Origin: Planctomycetota bacterium
Lineage (GTDB): Bacteria; Planctomycetota; Phycisphaerae; Phycisphaerales; UBA1924
Assembly (NCBI GenBank): GCA_033763695.1
Contig: JANRKB010000031.1
Location: 81 to 64,080 of the forward strand
Reading direction: 5' to 3'
DNA: 64,000 nucleotides
This document shows positions 27,447 through 36,123 of this stretch, in pieces (within the stretch, counting starts at the first letter, position 1; each line of letters opens with the position of its first letter). Position numbers and translations under genes: made by a program. The notes beneath the pieces are model-generated. The model had not been told where the DNA came from. It saw only the letters and a program-made list of their open reading frames with translations, and made no database searches.

Positions 27447-30197
27447 TCAGCACCCGGCTTCGAACGCGCCGACGAACGCGTCAAAGTCGGTGAAGTCATA
27501 GAAACCGTCGCCATTGAAATCAGCGATATCTCCGTCTCCAGCTTCGTACGCCGTCACATACGCATCGAAATCGGTGAAATCCAAAAACCCATCTTCGTTG
27601 ATGTCAGATGGGCAGAAGCGGATTTGACCAGTGAAGATTTCTTCGCGACCGCAGCTGTTCTCAGCAATGCATGTGTATGTGCCAACGTCTTCTGTCGAAG
27701 TTGAGACCAGTTCAAGACTGCTGTAATTATAATACCTCACAATTGTGACGCGAGGGTCCTGCTCATCAACCGGAACGCCATCGCGATACCATGACCATGT
27801 GGCCGTCGCGGCTGCACTCAGAGGGCGCAATTCAGCGTCAAAGAACGCACGATCACCAATTACATAGTCGTCCGTGCCCAGCTCCCGCGCTTGCGGTTCA
27901 CACGAGTAGCTGAATGTCAGATCATCGCCCAGAGTGGTCCAGCCGTGCTGGGGATAGCCCTCAGCAGCGGTAAGGGTTCGCCCGCTCACCACAATCCGAT
28001 CGCCGCGCAGCACACCGGGCAACTCGACGTGAACCGGAACCACCTCACTCGACGGCAGACAGGACCACGACGAACAGTTCTGGCGGTATCGCGTCCACGC
28101 AAGCCGACGCAGTTCAACGCCGTTGCGGAGGTGCGCGATGACCACCTCCATCGGTGCCCGGTTGCTCGCCTGGTCACCCCCACCACTCCAGGAGACCGTC
28201 ATCTCACCATCGATACGAAGGACCTCGGGCAGGTCGATCGGCGCTTCCCAGTGGACGACGGGGATTCTGCCAGCCGAGTCGACACGATTGTCGGTCAGGC
28301 CACCCGGGCCGATGGGCGGGTTCACGTCATTCCCGACCGCCCACGCGCCACCCGAGCCATACCAACTGGGATCCCACACCATGGGGGTTGTGGCCTCGCG
28401 ATACCAAGCGTTTGGGGTGCCAAATCTGCCGCCGTAGCAGTACAGGTAATGCCACGTGCGCGCACCCAGCGAATCGTCGTCCGGGTTTCCAAGCGTTGTC
28501 CCTGCGGCGGAGTTGGACGGTGTGGTCCAGTCTGTGCTCCGCTTCCACTCAAACGCCAGACGCGGATACACGCCGACCTGCACTTCGCCGCTCTGCGTCT
28601 GACCGCACGAGTTGGCCGCGACCAGGGTGTACCGCCCGCTGTCGCTCGGCTTCGCGTTGGCGATGGACAGGTTGTTGGTCGTCGCTCCGCTGATCACCGC
28701 ACCTTCAGGAGTCGTGCCATCGACCAGCGCAACCCCGTTGCGATGCCAACGCAAAGACGGCGCGAACGCCCCGAGATCGGGCACGAGTTGTCCGGCCACC
28801 GCGAGTGTTGCCAGTTCCCCTTCGAGCACGGCAACGCCGGAACTCGTTGGCGCCGAGAAGACCACCGATGGGCAGTTGTGCGTGAACGTCAGATTGTCGG
28901 AGAAGTAGATATACCAAGGATGGTCCGCAACCGGCCGACCACTCACCACGATCACATCCCCCGCCTCAACAACGGGCACGATCAGATCCACCGGAATCTG
29001 CGCTTGCTGCTCTGCGATGGTAAAGGTTCGGCTCGTCAGGACCTCTGCCTGATCTCCGTTGCCTTGCGGCAGTCGTGCGATCACCGCCTCATACTGCTGT
29101 GAGTTGTTGACCCATTGAACCGACCACGAGCCCCGAATACGAAGACCGCCCGGGAGCGTCGCCGGGGCCACCCAGCGGATCACACCCGTGCGACTCGCGG
29201 AAGATGTGTTGAGGTTGTACGTCGAACTTGGACCAATAGACGGCGAGTTGTCGTCCGATGAAACCCACGAGCCGTTGCCCGTCTGGCCGAACCACGCCGG
29301 GTCCCACCGCAGAGCGGTTGGCTGATTGGTGTACCACGGATCGCCGCCGCCAAGCCCACCGCCCGACGTGTACCCATATGACCAGACCGGCTGGTCCTGG
29401 GAATCCAGCGAGGGATTCCCATAGCTCGTGTTGGCGTCGTAGTCTGGACGCGCTATCCACTCGCTTTGCCGGTTCCAACTGAACCCGATCGGGTACGAAG
29501 GCACCTTGGCAACCTTGAACTTGATGTCGTGGTACCAGACCGTCCACCATCCGTGGTCGCCGGTTGCACGCGTCGAGAAGGTGATGACGTCACCAGCGTT
29601 GATCGTGGGCACGCGCAGATGCACCGGCTGTTCTTTCTGACTCCAGATCGAACTCAGCGTGTCGCTGAAGAGCAGTTGTGCGCCGGCTGCCGAACCGCCG
29701 GGCATCCGCGCGATCCCGACCTGATAGGTCGCGGTGTTGTTCGTCCAGGCGCCCAGATAGTACCCATCAATGAGTAGCCCGCCCGGCAGCGAGGCCGGCG
29801 CAATCCACCGGAGCGCTGCGACGCGCGGCGAGGATGGCGCACCCGGAGTGAGAAATGATCCGCGCCCCACCGAAGGTGCGGTGTCATTCGACAAAACCCA
29901 GTTCGAGTTCGTGGCTTGGCCGAACCAAGACGGATCCCACACCAGTCGCGTACCCGCGCCGAGGTACCAGGGATTCGGCCCGCCCAAAGGATCGCCTGTG
30001 ACCCACACCGCCTCCCAGACAGGATTACCCAACGCATCCGCGGAGGGGTTGCCAGTAGTCGCACCCGCGGTGACACCTGGGACCCAGTCGGCATTCTGGT
30101 TCCAGACAAACCCTGGCGGATAAGCCTGCCCCAAACTCACCGAGGGAGAGAAAGTCGCCACAGCCGCCGCCGCGATCGCCACGAATCGAGAGTGCAT
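27447..30197 (-). CDS. secreted protein with three ~200-aa internal repeats, two Ig-like (I-set-like) segments and C-terminal dockerin-like module ending Gly-Cys
   Basis: Signal peptide MHSRFVAIAAAAVATFSPSVSLGQA. A strong SD (GGAGGGGGGGG) precedes the ATG. Repeat signature GF.WN...W....NP..D..G.PVW....G...NPWY.....LRWDP.WFGQ. Ig-like segments contain GRYTLVAANSCG and GTYTCIAENSCG. C-terminus is ..DINEDGFLDFTDFDAYVTAYEAG..DFNGDGFYDFTDFDAFVGAFEAGC*. Confidence 0.75.
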   Translation of the reverse strand: MHSRFVAIAAAAVATFSPSVSLGQAYPPGFVWNQNADWVPGVTAGATTGNPSADALGNPVWEAVWVTGDPLGGPNPWYLGAGTRLVWDPSWFGQATNSNWVLSNDTAPSVGRGSFLTPGAPSSPRVAALRWIAPASLPGGLLIDGYYLGAWTNNTATYQVGIARMPGGSAAGAQLLFSDTLSSIWSQKEQPVHLRVPTINAGDVITFSTRATGDHGWWTVWYHDIKFKVAKVPSYPIGFSWNRQSEWIARPDYDANTSYGNPSLDSQDQPVWSYGYTSGGGLGGGDPWYTNQPTALRWDPAWFGQTGNGSWVSSDDNSPSIGPSSTYNLNTSSASRTGVIRWVAPATLPGGLRIRGSWSVQWVNNSQQYEAVIARLPQGNGDQAEVLTSRTFTIAEQQAQIPVDLIVPVVEAGDVIVVSGRPVADHPWYIYFSDNLTFTHNCPSVVFSAPTSSGVAVLEGELATLAVAGQLVPDLGAFAPSLRWHRNGVALVDGTTPEGAVISGATTNNLSIANAKPSDSGRYTLVAANSCGQTQSGEVQVGVYPRLAFEWKRSTDWTTPSNSAAGTTLGNPDDDSLGARTWHYLYCYGGRFGTPNAWYREATTPMVWDPSWYGSGGAWAVGNDVNPPIGPGGLTDNRVDSAGRIPVVHWEAPIDLPEVLRIDGEMTVSWSGGGDQASNRAPMEVVIAHLRNGVELRRLAWTRYRQNCSSWSCLPSSEVVPVHVELPGVLRGDRIVVSGRTLTAAEGYPQHGWTTLGDDLTFSYSCEPQARELGTDDYVIGDRAFFDAELRPLSAAATATWSWYRDGVPVDEQDPRVTIVRYYNYSSLELVSTSTEDVGTYTCIAENSCGREEIFTGQIRFCPSDINEDGFLDFTDFDAYVTAYEAGDGDIADFNGDGFYDFTDFDAFVGAFEAGC
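27900..28565 (-). repeat. internal protein repeat C (coding, more diverged)
   Basis: aa ~579-800 (AFEWKRSTDW...NAWY...VWDPSWYGS...HWEAPIDLPEV...). Confidence 0.5.
28866..29489 (-). repeat. internal protein repeat B (coding)
   Basis: aa ~271-478 (GFSWNRQSEW...RWVAPATLPGG...). Confidence 0.6.
29490..30116 (-). repeat. internal protein repeat A of the triple-repeat gene (coding)
   Basis: aa ~62-270 of the ORF (GFVWNQNADW...RWIAPASLPGG...). Confidence 0.6.
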
Positions 30198-30305
30198 CCC
30201 CAACCCCCCCCTCCACGAGAATAACCATTTCACCTTGTCAGAATTAAGTTGTCTGCGCAACAACGGCGAAATCCTACGCGTAACTTGGAGAGGATGCAAA
30301 CAAAA

Positions 30306-30336
30306 ACGGCAACGACGTTCGCCGTTGCCGTTTAAG
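30306..30336 (-). terminator. rho-independent terminator downstream of the GH15 gene
   Basis: A 9-bp stem ACGGCAACG/CGTTGCCGT with a short loop, followed on the minus strand by TTTTTGTTTG. Confidence 0.45.
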
Positions 30337-30362
30337 TCAGTTCGTCGAGTCCCTCGACGGGA

Positions 30363-33300
30363 TCAGCATCCCGTCTCGAACGCCGCAACGAAGGCGTCGA
30401 AGTCGGTGAAGTCGAGGAAGCCGTCGCCGTTGTAGTCGGCGGCAGCATCGCCCGCTTCAAACGCCGCGACGAAGGCGTCAAAGTCGGTGAAGTCGAGGAA
30501 GCCGTCGTTGTTGAAGTCCGGCGGGCAGCCCAGGCGGACTTCCACGATTGTCTGCGCACCCAGGCCCACGTTCGCGGGCACGCCCGCGGTCACGGCACCG
30601 ATGGCGCTGTTGTAGGTGTACAGCACCGGCGTGCCGTTGCGCGTCACGCTGTAGACCGTCGAACCGGCGGGCACGCGCACCACGGTTTCGATGTTGAGCG
30701 GGTCCTCGGAACGCATCGTGAAGGTGTGCGTGTAGCGCTGGGCCGCGGCGTTCTCTTCGACGAGTACATCAATCTGGTGGAAGTAGTTTGCGGGCGCGAC
30801 CTTGAGCACCACGTTGTTGAACTGCATGCTGTTCCACGCCGTGGGCAGCTTGGGCTTGAAGCGCATCGTGTTGCTGGGCGCGTCGGGCTGGTAGTCGAGG
30901 AAGGCCATGACGCTGTCAACGAACGTGCTCATGCTCTCCCACGCGTTGGGCCATGCGGTCTGGAGCTTGAAGTCGCTCTGGCCGGGGTAGAGGTAGGAGT
31001 TGGAGTAGGCGATCTGCTCCGCGCCCATGCCCGCGGGGCCGAGGCGATCGATCATGAGATCGACGCGCGACTTGTGGTTGTCGATGTCACCCTTGCCGCT
31101 GGTGTAGTCGGCGCGGGTGGCGTAGTGCAGGCCGTACCACAGCGTGCTGAGGAACCAGGGGCCGCCGTTCCAGTAGTTGTCGCCCCAGTAGCGGTTGACG
31201 GTGTCCTTGTGCTCGCCGGAGAAGTTGATGAGCGGGTGGTTGTTGCCGAAGGTGTCGGTGGCCACGCCGTTGATGCGATCAACGACCTTGTTCACGCGGG
31301 CGTCGAGCGGGCTATAGACCTCGAAGGGATAGGTGATGCCCAGTTGGCTGATGTCGGTGTTTTCGCCGTTCCAGTCCAGGCGCGCGTCGAGGCCGTTCTT
31401 GATGAGGTTGCGCTTGTTGAAGGCGTTGAAGGCTTCGGCGGGCGAGCCGATGGCGTCGAAGATCTTGCGAGCGTCTTCGAGGCCGCGCCACACGTTGGCG
31501 TTGCTGTAGATGAACGTGTCGTAGGAGTCTTCCCACACGTTGTTGGAGTACATGAGATTGAAGGGCGTGAACTGCAGGCGGCTGGGGTCAACCGTCGACG
31601 TCCGCGTCATCGCCTCGACCGAGTCGCGCACCTGCTCGATGTAGTTGCTGAGCAGGCCCGAGTCCGCGGTCATCTGGTACTGATACCAGACGCCCCACGG
31701 GAAGACGGCGGTCTCATCGATCTGCGGCGCGCCCCAGATCACATAGCCGTCGGTGGAGTACTTCTGCTTCCAGAAGCCCTTGCGGCCCCAACCTTCAAAG
31801 TCGCGGTACGTCGTGTTCTTCATCCACGAGTACACGCCCTCGGCCTCGCTCAGGTGGCCAGTGCGGGCCAGCGTCACCGCGGCATACACCGCGTCACGCG
31901 GCCAGACGTAGGGATACGCGCCGTTGTGGAAGCCCGCGATCACGCCGCCGTTCACGCCGTCGACGTGCAGCGCGGTGGCGAGCAGGCCGCGCTTCATGAG
32001 CGCGTCGTAGTCGTTGTCGGGGGTGTCGACCGTGGTGCCGTTGTTGAGCCAGGCCTGCCAGTAGTTGTCGGTCTGGTTCATCAGGCCGGTGATGTTGTTG
32101 TTGTAGAACCACTGCATGACGTTCTGGAGCTGGAAGTTGTACGTCCCGCTCGCGCCGGCGAAGTTGTCGACCGCGCCGGCCATGATGAAGTCGACTTCGA
32201 CAGGCTGACCGACGGGCAGCGTCACACGCGTGCCCATCCAGCCCTGGCCGTTGTCGCCGCTGGTGTCGCGCCAGAAGTCCGTTGCGGTCGAAGCGATCGA
32301 GCCTGAGTTGGTCAGCACCTTCATCGCCGAGGCGAGGTAGAGCGACTTGTTCTTCTCATAGCCGCTCGAGGTGGTGGGGTTGTACTCGTTGGGGCTGGAG
32401 AAGCCGGTGCCGGTGCCGGTCACGACGCGATAGGTGTTGTCATACGCGACCATCGCGGCCTTGGACGAATCGACGAACATGGCGTCGTAGCCGTCGCCGC
32501 CGTTGATCGCCGGATCGATGTACCAGTAGACATCGACGTCCTTGCTGCTCGCGCCGTTGTTGGTGAGCACGAGGCGCTTGAGGTAGATGTGGCGCTGGGG
32601 GTTGCCGCCGCCGTCGGTCGGCCACGAGACGCCGATGGGCGAGAAGTCGTACTGGGTAACCGCGATGTTGTTGCCGCCGGCGTAGAGACGCTGGCTGGTG
32701 ATGACGGTGTTGGAGTTGGGCTCGTAGGCCTGCGTGACATTGTCGTACGACACGCCGCTGGGGTTGCTGAGCCAGTGCGTGGTGCCGTCAACGCGGATAC
32801 CGGGCATCGCCTGATTCAGATGCATCTGGCCGCGCCAGCCGAGCGGCAGACCGGCGGGGAAGGTGTCGACGCCGTCGACGTAGCCTTCGTTGCGGGTGCC
32901 AACGCCGTAGACGCCGCCGGGGGTTGGGAAGTGCATGTCATAGACGGTGCCGTTGCGATCGATCATGCCGGCGGTGTAGGTGTTGCCGAAGATCGCCTCT
33001 TCCTTCCAGAAGTTGACGCCGGGATAGCCGATGGCGGGGCTGGGGTTGCCCGCGCCGGCGCCGGGCCACGCCAGTTTGTTGGTGTAGGTGTACGACGCGC
33101 CGCCGTTGGCGAAGACTTCGCCGCCGACGAAGGGCTTCCAAGCCGAGATCTTGTATTTGATGTTCTTGGCGTAGGCGCGGGTGGCGGCGGGGAGGGTGGC
33201 CTTCCACCAGTCGCGCGTGCCGCCCGAGTTCTCGTTCACCAGGAACGAGACGCTGCCGAGGTCATTGCGCAAAACCTGCGTGGTGCCAGCGCCGGTGCCG

Positions 33301-33563
33301 AACGAGCCGCTGGGCTCGCTGCCGTCGGTGGTGTAGTAGACGCACACGCGATCGTAAGTGAACTGGAACGAGACGCGGAAGTAGAGATCGACGGTCTCGC
33401 CATCGCGCGGCATGTCGGGCTCGCGCTGGGTGATGCCGCTGGGCTGGCTGAAGGTCTGGTTGGCGGGCGTGTGCTCCACGCTGCTGGGCTGAGCGGCGGC
33501 CACCCCGGCAAACGCGACGAGAGCGGCGGCAGACAACGACAAACGCTTGTCAAACATGAACAT
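30363..33563 (-). CDS. secreted glycoside hydrolase family 15 (glucoamylase/glucodextranase-like) with N-terminal beta-sandwich region and C-terminal dockerin-like module ending Gly-Cys
   Basis: Signal peptide MFMFDKRLSLSAAALVAFAGVAAAQ. GH15-type motifs GAYPYVWPRDAVYAAVTL and GGPWFLSTLWYGLHYA. C-terminus is CPPDFNNDGFLDFTDFDAFVAAFEAG..DYNGDGFLDFTDFDAFVAAFETGC*. Confidence 0.75.
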   Translation of the reverse strand: MFMFDKRLSLSAAALVAFAGVAAAQPSSVEHTPANQTFSQPSGITQREPDMPRDGETVDLYFRVSFQFTYDRVCVYYTTDGSEPSGSFGTGAGTTQVLRNDLGSVSFLVNENSGGTRDWWKATLPAATRAYAKNIKYKISAWKPFVGGEVFANGGASYTYTNKLAWPGAGAGNPSPAIGYPGVNFWKEEAIFGNTYTAGMIDRNGTVYDMHFPTPGGVYGVGTRNEGYVDGVDTFPAGLPLGWRGQMHLNQAMPGIRVDGTTHWLSNPSGVSYDNVTQAYEPNSNTVITSQRLYAGGNNIAVTQYDFSPIGVSWPTDGGGNPQRHIYLKRLVLTNNGASSKDVDVYWYIDPAINGGDGYDAMFVDSSKAAMVAYDNTYRVVTGTGTGFSSPNEYNPTTSSGYEKNKSLYLASAMKVLTNSGSIASTATDFWRDTSGDNGQGWMGTRVTLPVGQPVEVDFIMAGAVDNFAGASGTYNFQLQNVMQWFYNNNITGLMNQTDNYWQAWLNNGTTVDTPDNDYDALMKRGLLATALHVDGVNGGVIAGFHNGAYPYVWPRDAVYAAVTLARTGHLSEAEGVYSWMKNTTYRDFEGWGRKGFWKQKYSTDGYVIWGAPQIDETAVFPWGVWYQYQMTADSGLLSNYIEQVRDSVEAMTRTSTVDPSRLQFTPFNLMYSNNVWEDSYDTFIYSNANVWRGLEDARKIFDAIGSPAEAFNAFNKRNLIKNGLDARLDWNGENTDISQLGITYPFEVYSPLDARVNKVVDRINGVATDTFGNNHPLINFSGEHKDTVNRYWGDNYWNGGPWFLSTLWYGLHYATRADYTSGKGDIDNHKSRVDLMIDRLGPAGMGAEQIAYSNSYLYPGQSDFKLQTAWPNAWESMSTFVDSVMAFLDYQPDAPSNTMRFKPKLPTAWNSMQFNNVVLKVAPANYFHQIDVLVEENAAAQRYTHTFTMRSEDPLNIETVVRVPAGSTVYSVTRNGTPVLYTYNSAIGAVTAGVPANVGLGAQTIVEVRLGCPPDFNNDGFLDFTDFDAFVAAFEAGDAAADYNGDGFLDFTDFDAFVAAFETGC

Positions 33564-34022
33564 GTGTAAGTCCTTGAACGGACAATCCCCGAGAGTCCGC
33601 CGCCATGCGGGTGCGACAGCCCGCCACACAACGTGGTTGGCCGCCATTGCCGACTGGGCGACGTGTTCCGAGGCGGCATCCGGACCGCCTTCGGAATATG
33701 CATCCCAACTATCCATGCACGGGAGCGCAAGGTCAACTTCTGAAAGCGGTTCCGGCACACGACAACGTCAAAATCGGCTTGCGAACCGCCCCAGGGGCGT
33801 CAAACTGGGGAAAGTGCGGGTTATGGGATGGTGAGTTCGCGGCTCATTGCGATCGTGCGGAGCGAGCCGCGGCGGCGTGCGTGCGTTGGAGTTTGTCCGC
33901 CTGTGAAAGGGCGTGAACCAAACTTCACGGCACACGTCTGACGGTACCATGTCCCGCCGCTTTCACGCGCCACGTGTGGCGTACGAAAGACCCGCCGCGC
34001 AACCCGACTTTGGAGCCTTCCC

Positions 34023-35948
34023 GTGAACACCGATCGCCGCCTCTCGCTCGTTCTCACCGCCGCCGTGGTCTGCGCTGTCGCGGGTCTGGGTTCTTCTGCG
34101 CTGGCCCAATCTGCGGGCCAACCGGCCGCCCAGCCGTCGGCCCAGCCCGCGAATGCGTCTGGCAAGGTCCCGGTGAAGACTGCCGACGATCTGCCGCGCC
34201 ACACCTACAAGGTCGAAGGCAAGGCGGGCGACTTCCTTCGCAGCCCGCAGTTTGCCGCGTTCGCCGATCAGGTGATCGCCGACGCCAAGAGCGACCTTGA
34301 GAAGTACGACATCACCGATCGCTCCACGCTGCAGGAGTACCACCGGCTGTTCATGATGCACGCGCTGCTCAAGGGCGACGACGACGCGGCACTCAAGGCG
34401 GTCAGCGTCATCCGTGATCTGGAAGGCAAAGAGTCCAAGAAACTCATGACCGGCCAGACGGTGGGGGCTTGGATCTTTGCGAAGAAGGCCGGGGGCGCGG
34501 CCAACTCGGACGCGTTCAAGGCGGAGCTCAAGCGCCGCATCGGCGCGCTGCCGTGGGCCGTCATCGCCGACGAGGTGAAGCAGGGCAAAGGCCGCGCCGA
34601 CATCATGCGTGCGGAACTGGTTGAAGGCATGATCAAGTCGACGCTTGATCCGGTGATCGACAAGCAGGGCGGCGAGGTCAGCCAGGACATCGCCCGCCAG
34701 CTCGTCACGATGAAGGCGGGCCTGGACATCATGCTGCCGATGAACCCGGCGATCTCGGAGGTGTACGGCGGGTTGATCGCGGCCAACGCCGTGGTGAAGA
34801 AGGACATCTGGGCCGAGCGGGACATCGCGCTCAGGCCCGACGACAAGGCCACTCCGATCGCCGTGTGCGTCTGGGACTCGGGCGTGGACATCGATCTGTA
34901 TAAGGACGTGCTCTGGACCAACCCGGCCGAGCAGCCCAACGGCAAGGACGACGACAACAACGGTTACGTGGACGACATGCACGGCATCGCGTACGACCTG
35001 ACCGCCAACCCGGTGCCGGAACTGTTGCACCCGCTCGCAGACATGCGCTCGCCCGTCGACCTGGTTTCCAAGTACACCAAGGGCATGTCGGACGTCACGG
35101 CCAACATCGACAGCCCCGAGGCGACTGACCTGAAGAAGTACATCGGTTCGCTCAAGCCCGATCAGGTGCAGGGCTTCATGGAAGACCTCAGCCTCTACGG
35201 CAACTACAGCCACGGCACGCACGTCGCGGGCATCGCGACGGCGGGCAACCCCTTCGTCCGCCTCATGGCCGCGCGCCTGACGTTTGATTTCCGCAGCATC
35301 CCCAGCGTGACGACGAGCATCGAGCAGGCCAAGAAGGACGCCGCCGCGGCTGCCGCCACGGTGCAGTACATGCGGAAGGCGGGCGTCCGCGTCGTCAACA
35401 TGTCGTGGGGCGGTTCGCGCCAGTCGATCGAAGACGCGCTGGAGGCCAAGGGCGCGGGCGGCGACGCCAAGCAGCGTGCGGAGCTTGCCCGCGAGCTCTT
35501 CAAGATCGGCAAGGACGCGCTCGAGAAGGCGATGATCGACGCGCCGGAGATTCTGTTCGTCGCGGCGGCGGGCAACTCGGACAATGACAATGCGTTCGAG
35601 GAGACCATCCCGTCGGCACTCAGCGCGCCGAATCTGATCACGATCGGCGCGGTCGATCAGGCCGGCACGCCCACGGGCTTTACGACCTTCGGCAAGAACG
35701 TGACGCTGTATGCCAACGGCTTTGAAGTGCTCTCGTATGTGCCCGGCGGCAAGAAGATGAAGTACAGCGGCACCTCGATGGCCGCCCCGCAGGTGACCAA
35801 CCTTGCCGGCAAGATTCTCGCGATCGACCCATCGCTGAGCAGCAGCCAGGTCGTCGATGTCATCAGCAAGACGAGCGACCCGATGCCGGGCCACGAAGGC
35901 AAGAAGCTCATCAACCCTAAGAAGGCGATTGAGAGCCTGAAGAAGTGA
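34023..35948 (+). CDS. secreted subtilisin-like serine protease (peptidase S8) with ~250-aa N-terminal helical extension
   Basis: Signal peptide, with a GTG start 8 nt after GGAG. Catalytic triad contexts VCVWDSGVD (Asp), HGTHVAGIA (His), GTSMAAPQV (Ser). Confidence 0.9.
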   Translation: MNTDRRLSLVLTAAVVCAVAGLGSSALAQSAGQPAAQPSAQPANASGKVPVKTADDLPRHTYKVEGKAGDFLRSPQFAAFADQVIADAKSDLEKYDITDRSTLQEYHRLFMMHALLKGDDDAALKAVSVIRDLEGKESKKLMTGQTVGAWIFAKKAGGAANSDAFKAELKRRIGALPWAVIADEVKQGKGRADIMRAELVEGMIKSTLDPVIDKQGGEVSQDIARQLVTMKAGLDIMLPMNPAISEVYGGLIAANAVVKKDIWAERDIALRPDDKATPIAVCVWDSGVDIDLYKDVLWTNPAEQPNGKDDDNNGYVDDMHGIAYDLTANPVPELLHPLADMRSPVDLVSKYTKGMSDVTANIDSPEATDLKKYIGSLKPDQVQGFMEDLSLYGNYSHGTHVAGIATAGNPFVRLMAARLTFDFRSIPSVTTSIEQAKKDAAAAAATVQYMRKAGVRVVNMSWGGSRQSIEDALEAKGAGGDAKQRAELARELFKIGKDALEKAMIDAPEILFVAAAGNSDNDNAFEETIPSALSAPNLITIGAVDQAGTPTGFTTFGKNVTLYANGFEVLSYVPGGKKMKYSGTSMAAPQVTNLAGKILAIDPSLSSSQVVDVISKTSDPMPGHEGKKLINPKKAIESLKK

Positions 35949-36123
35949 TGATGGGCCGCAACGCGCGTCGCCATCGCGCTTCGGCGTGAGGCGTTCGCGC
36001 GGCGCGACGACACGGATGTTCAGCGAACCCGGAGAAAGAGCCTAAACTGCCGACGCCTGCCCTGCGTGTCGCGCGATGCGCACGGCAGGATGTCGATTCA
36101 CCATCCTCGCTGAGGAGCCAGCC

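Noticed and set aside
33963-35894. 643-aa minus-strand ORF
   Set aside because: It is antisense to the S8 protease gene, which has a clear catalytic triad.
35949-36123. Partial palindrome CCTGCC..GGCAGG upstream of the pseudo-protease gene
   Set aside because: The symmetry is imperfect and short, which is not distinguishable from chance in 69% GC DNA.
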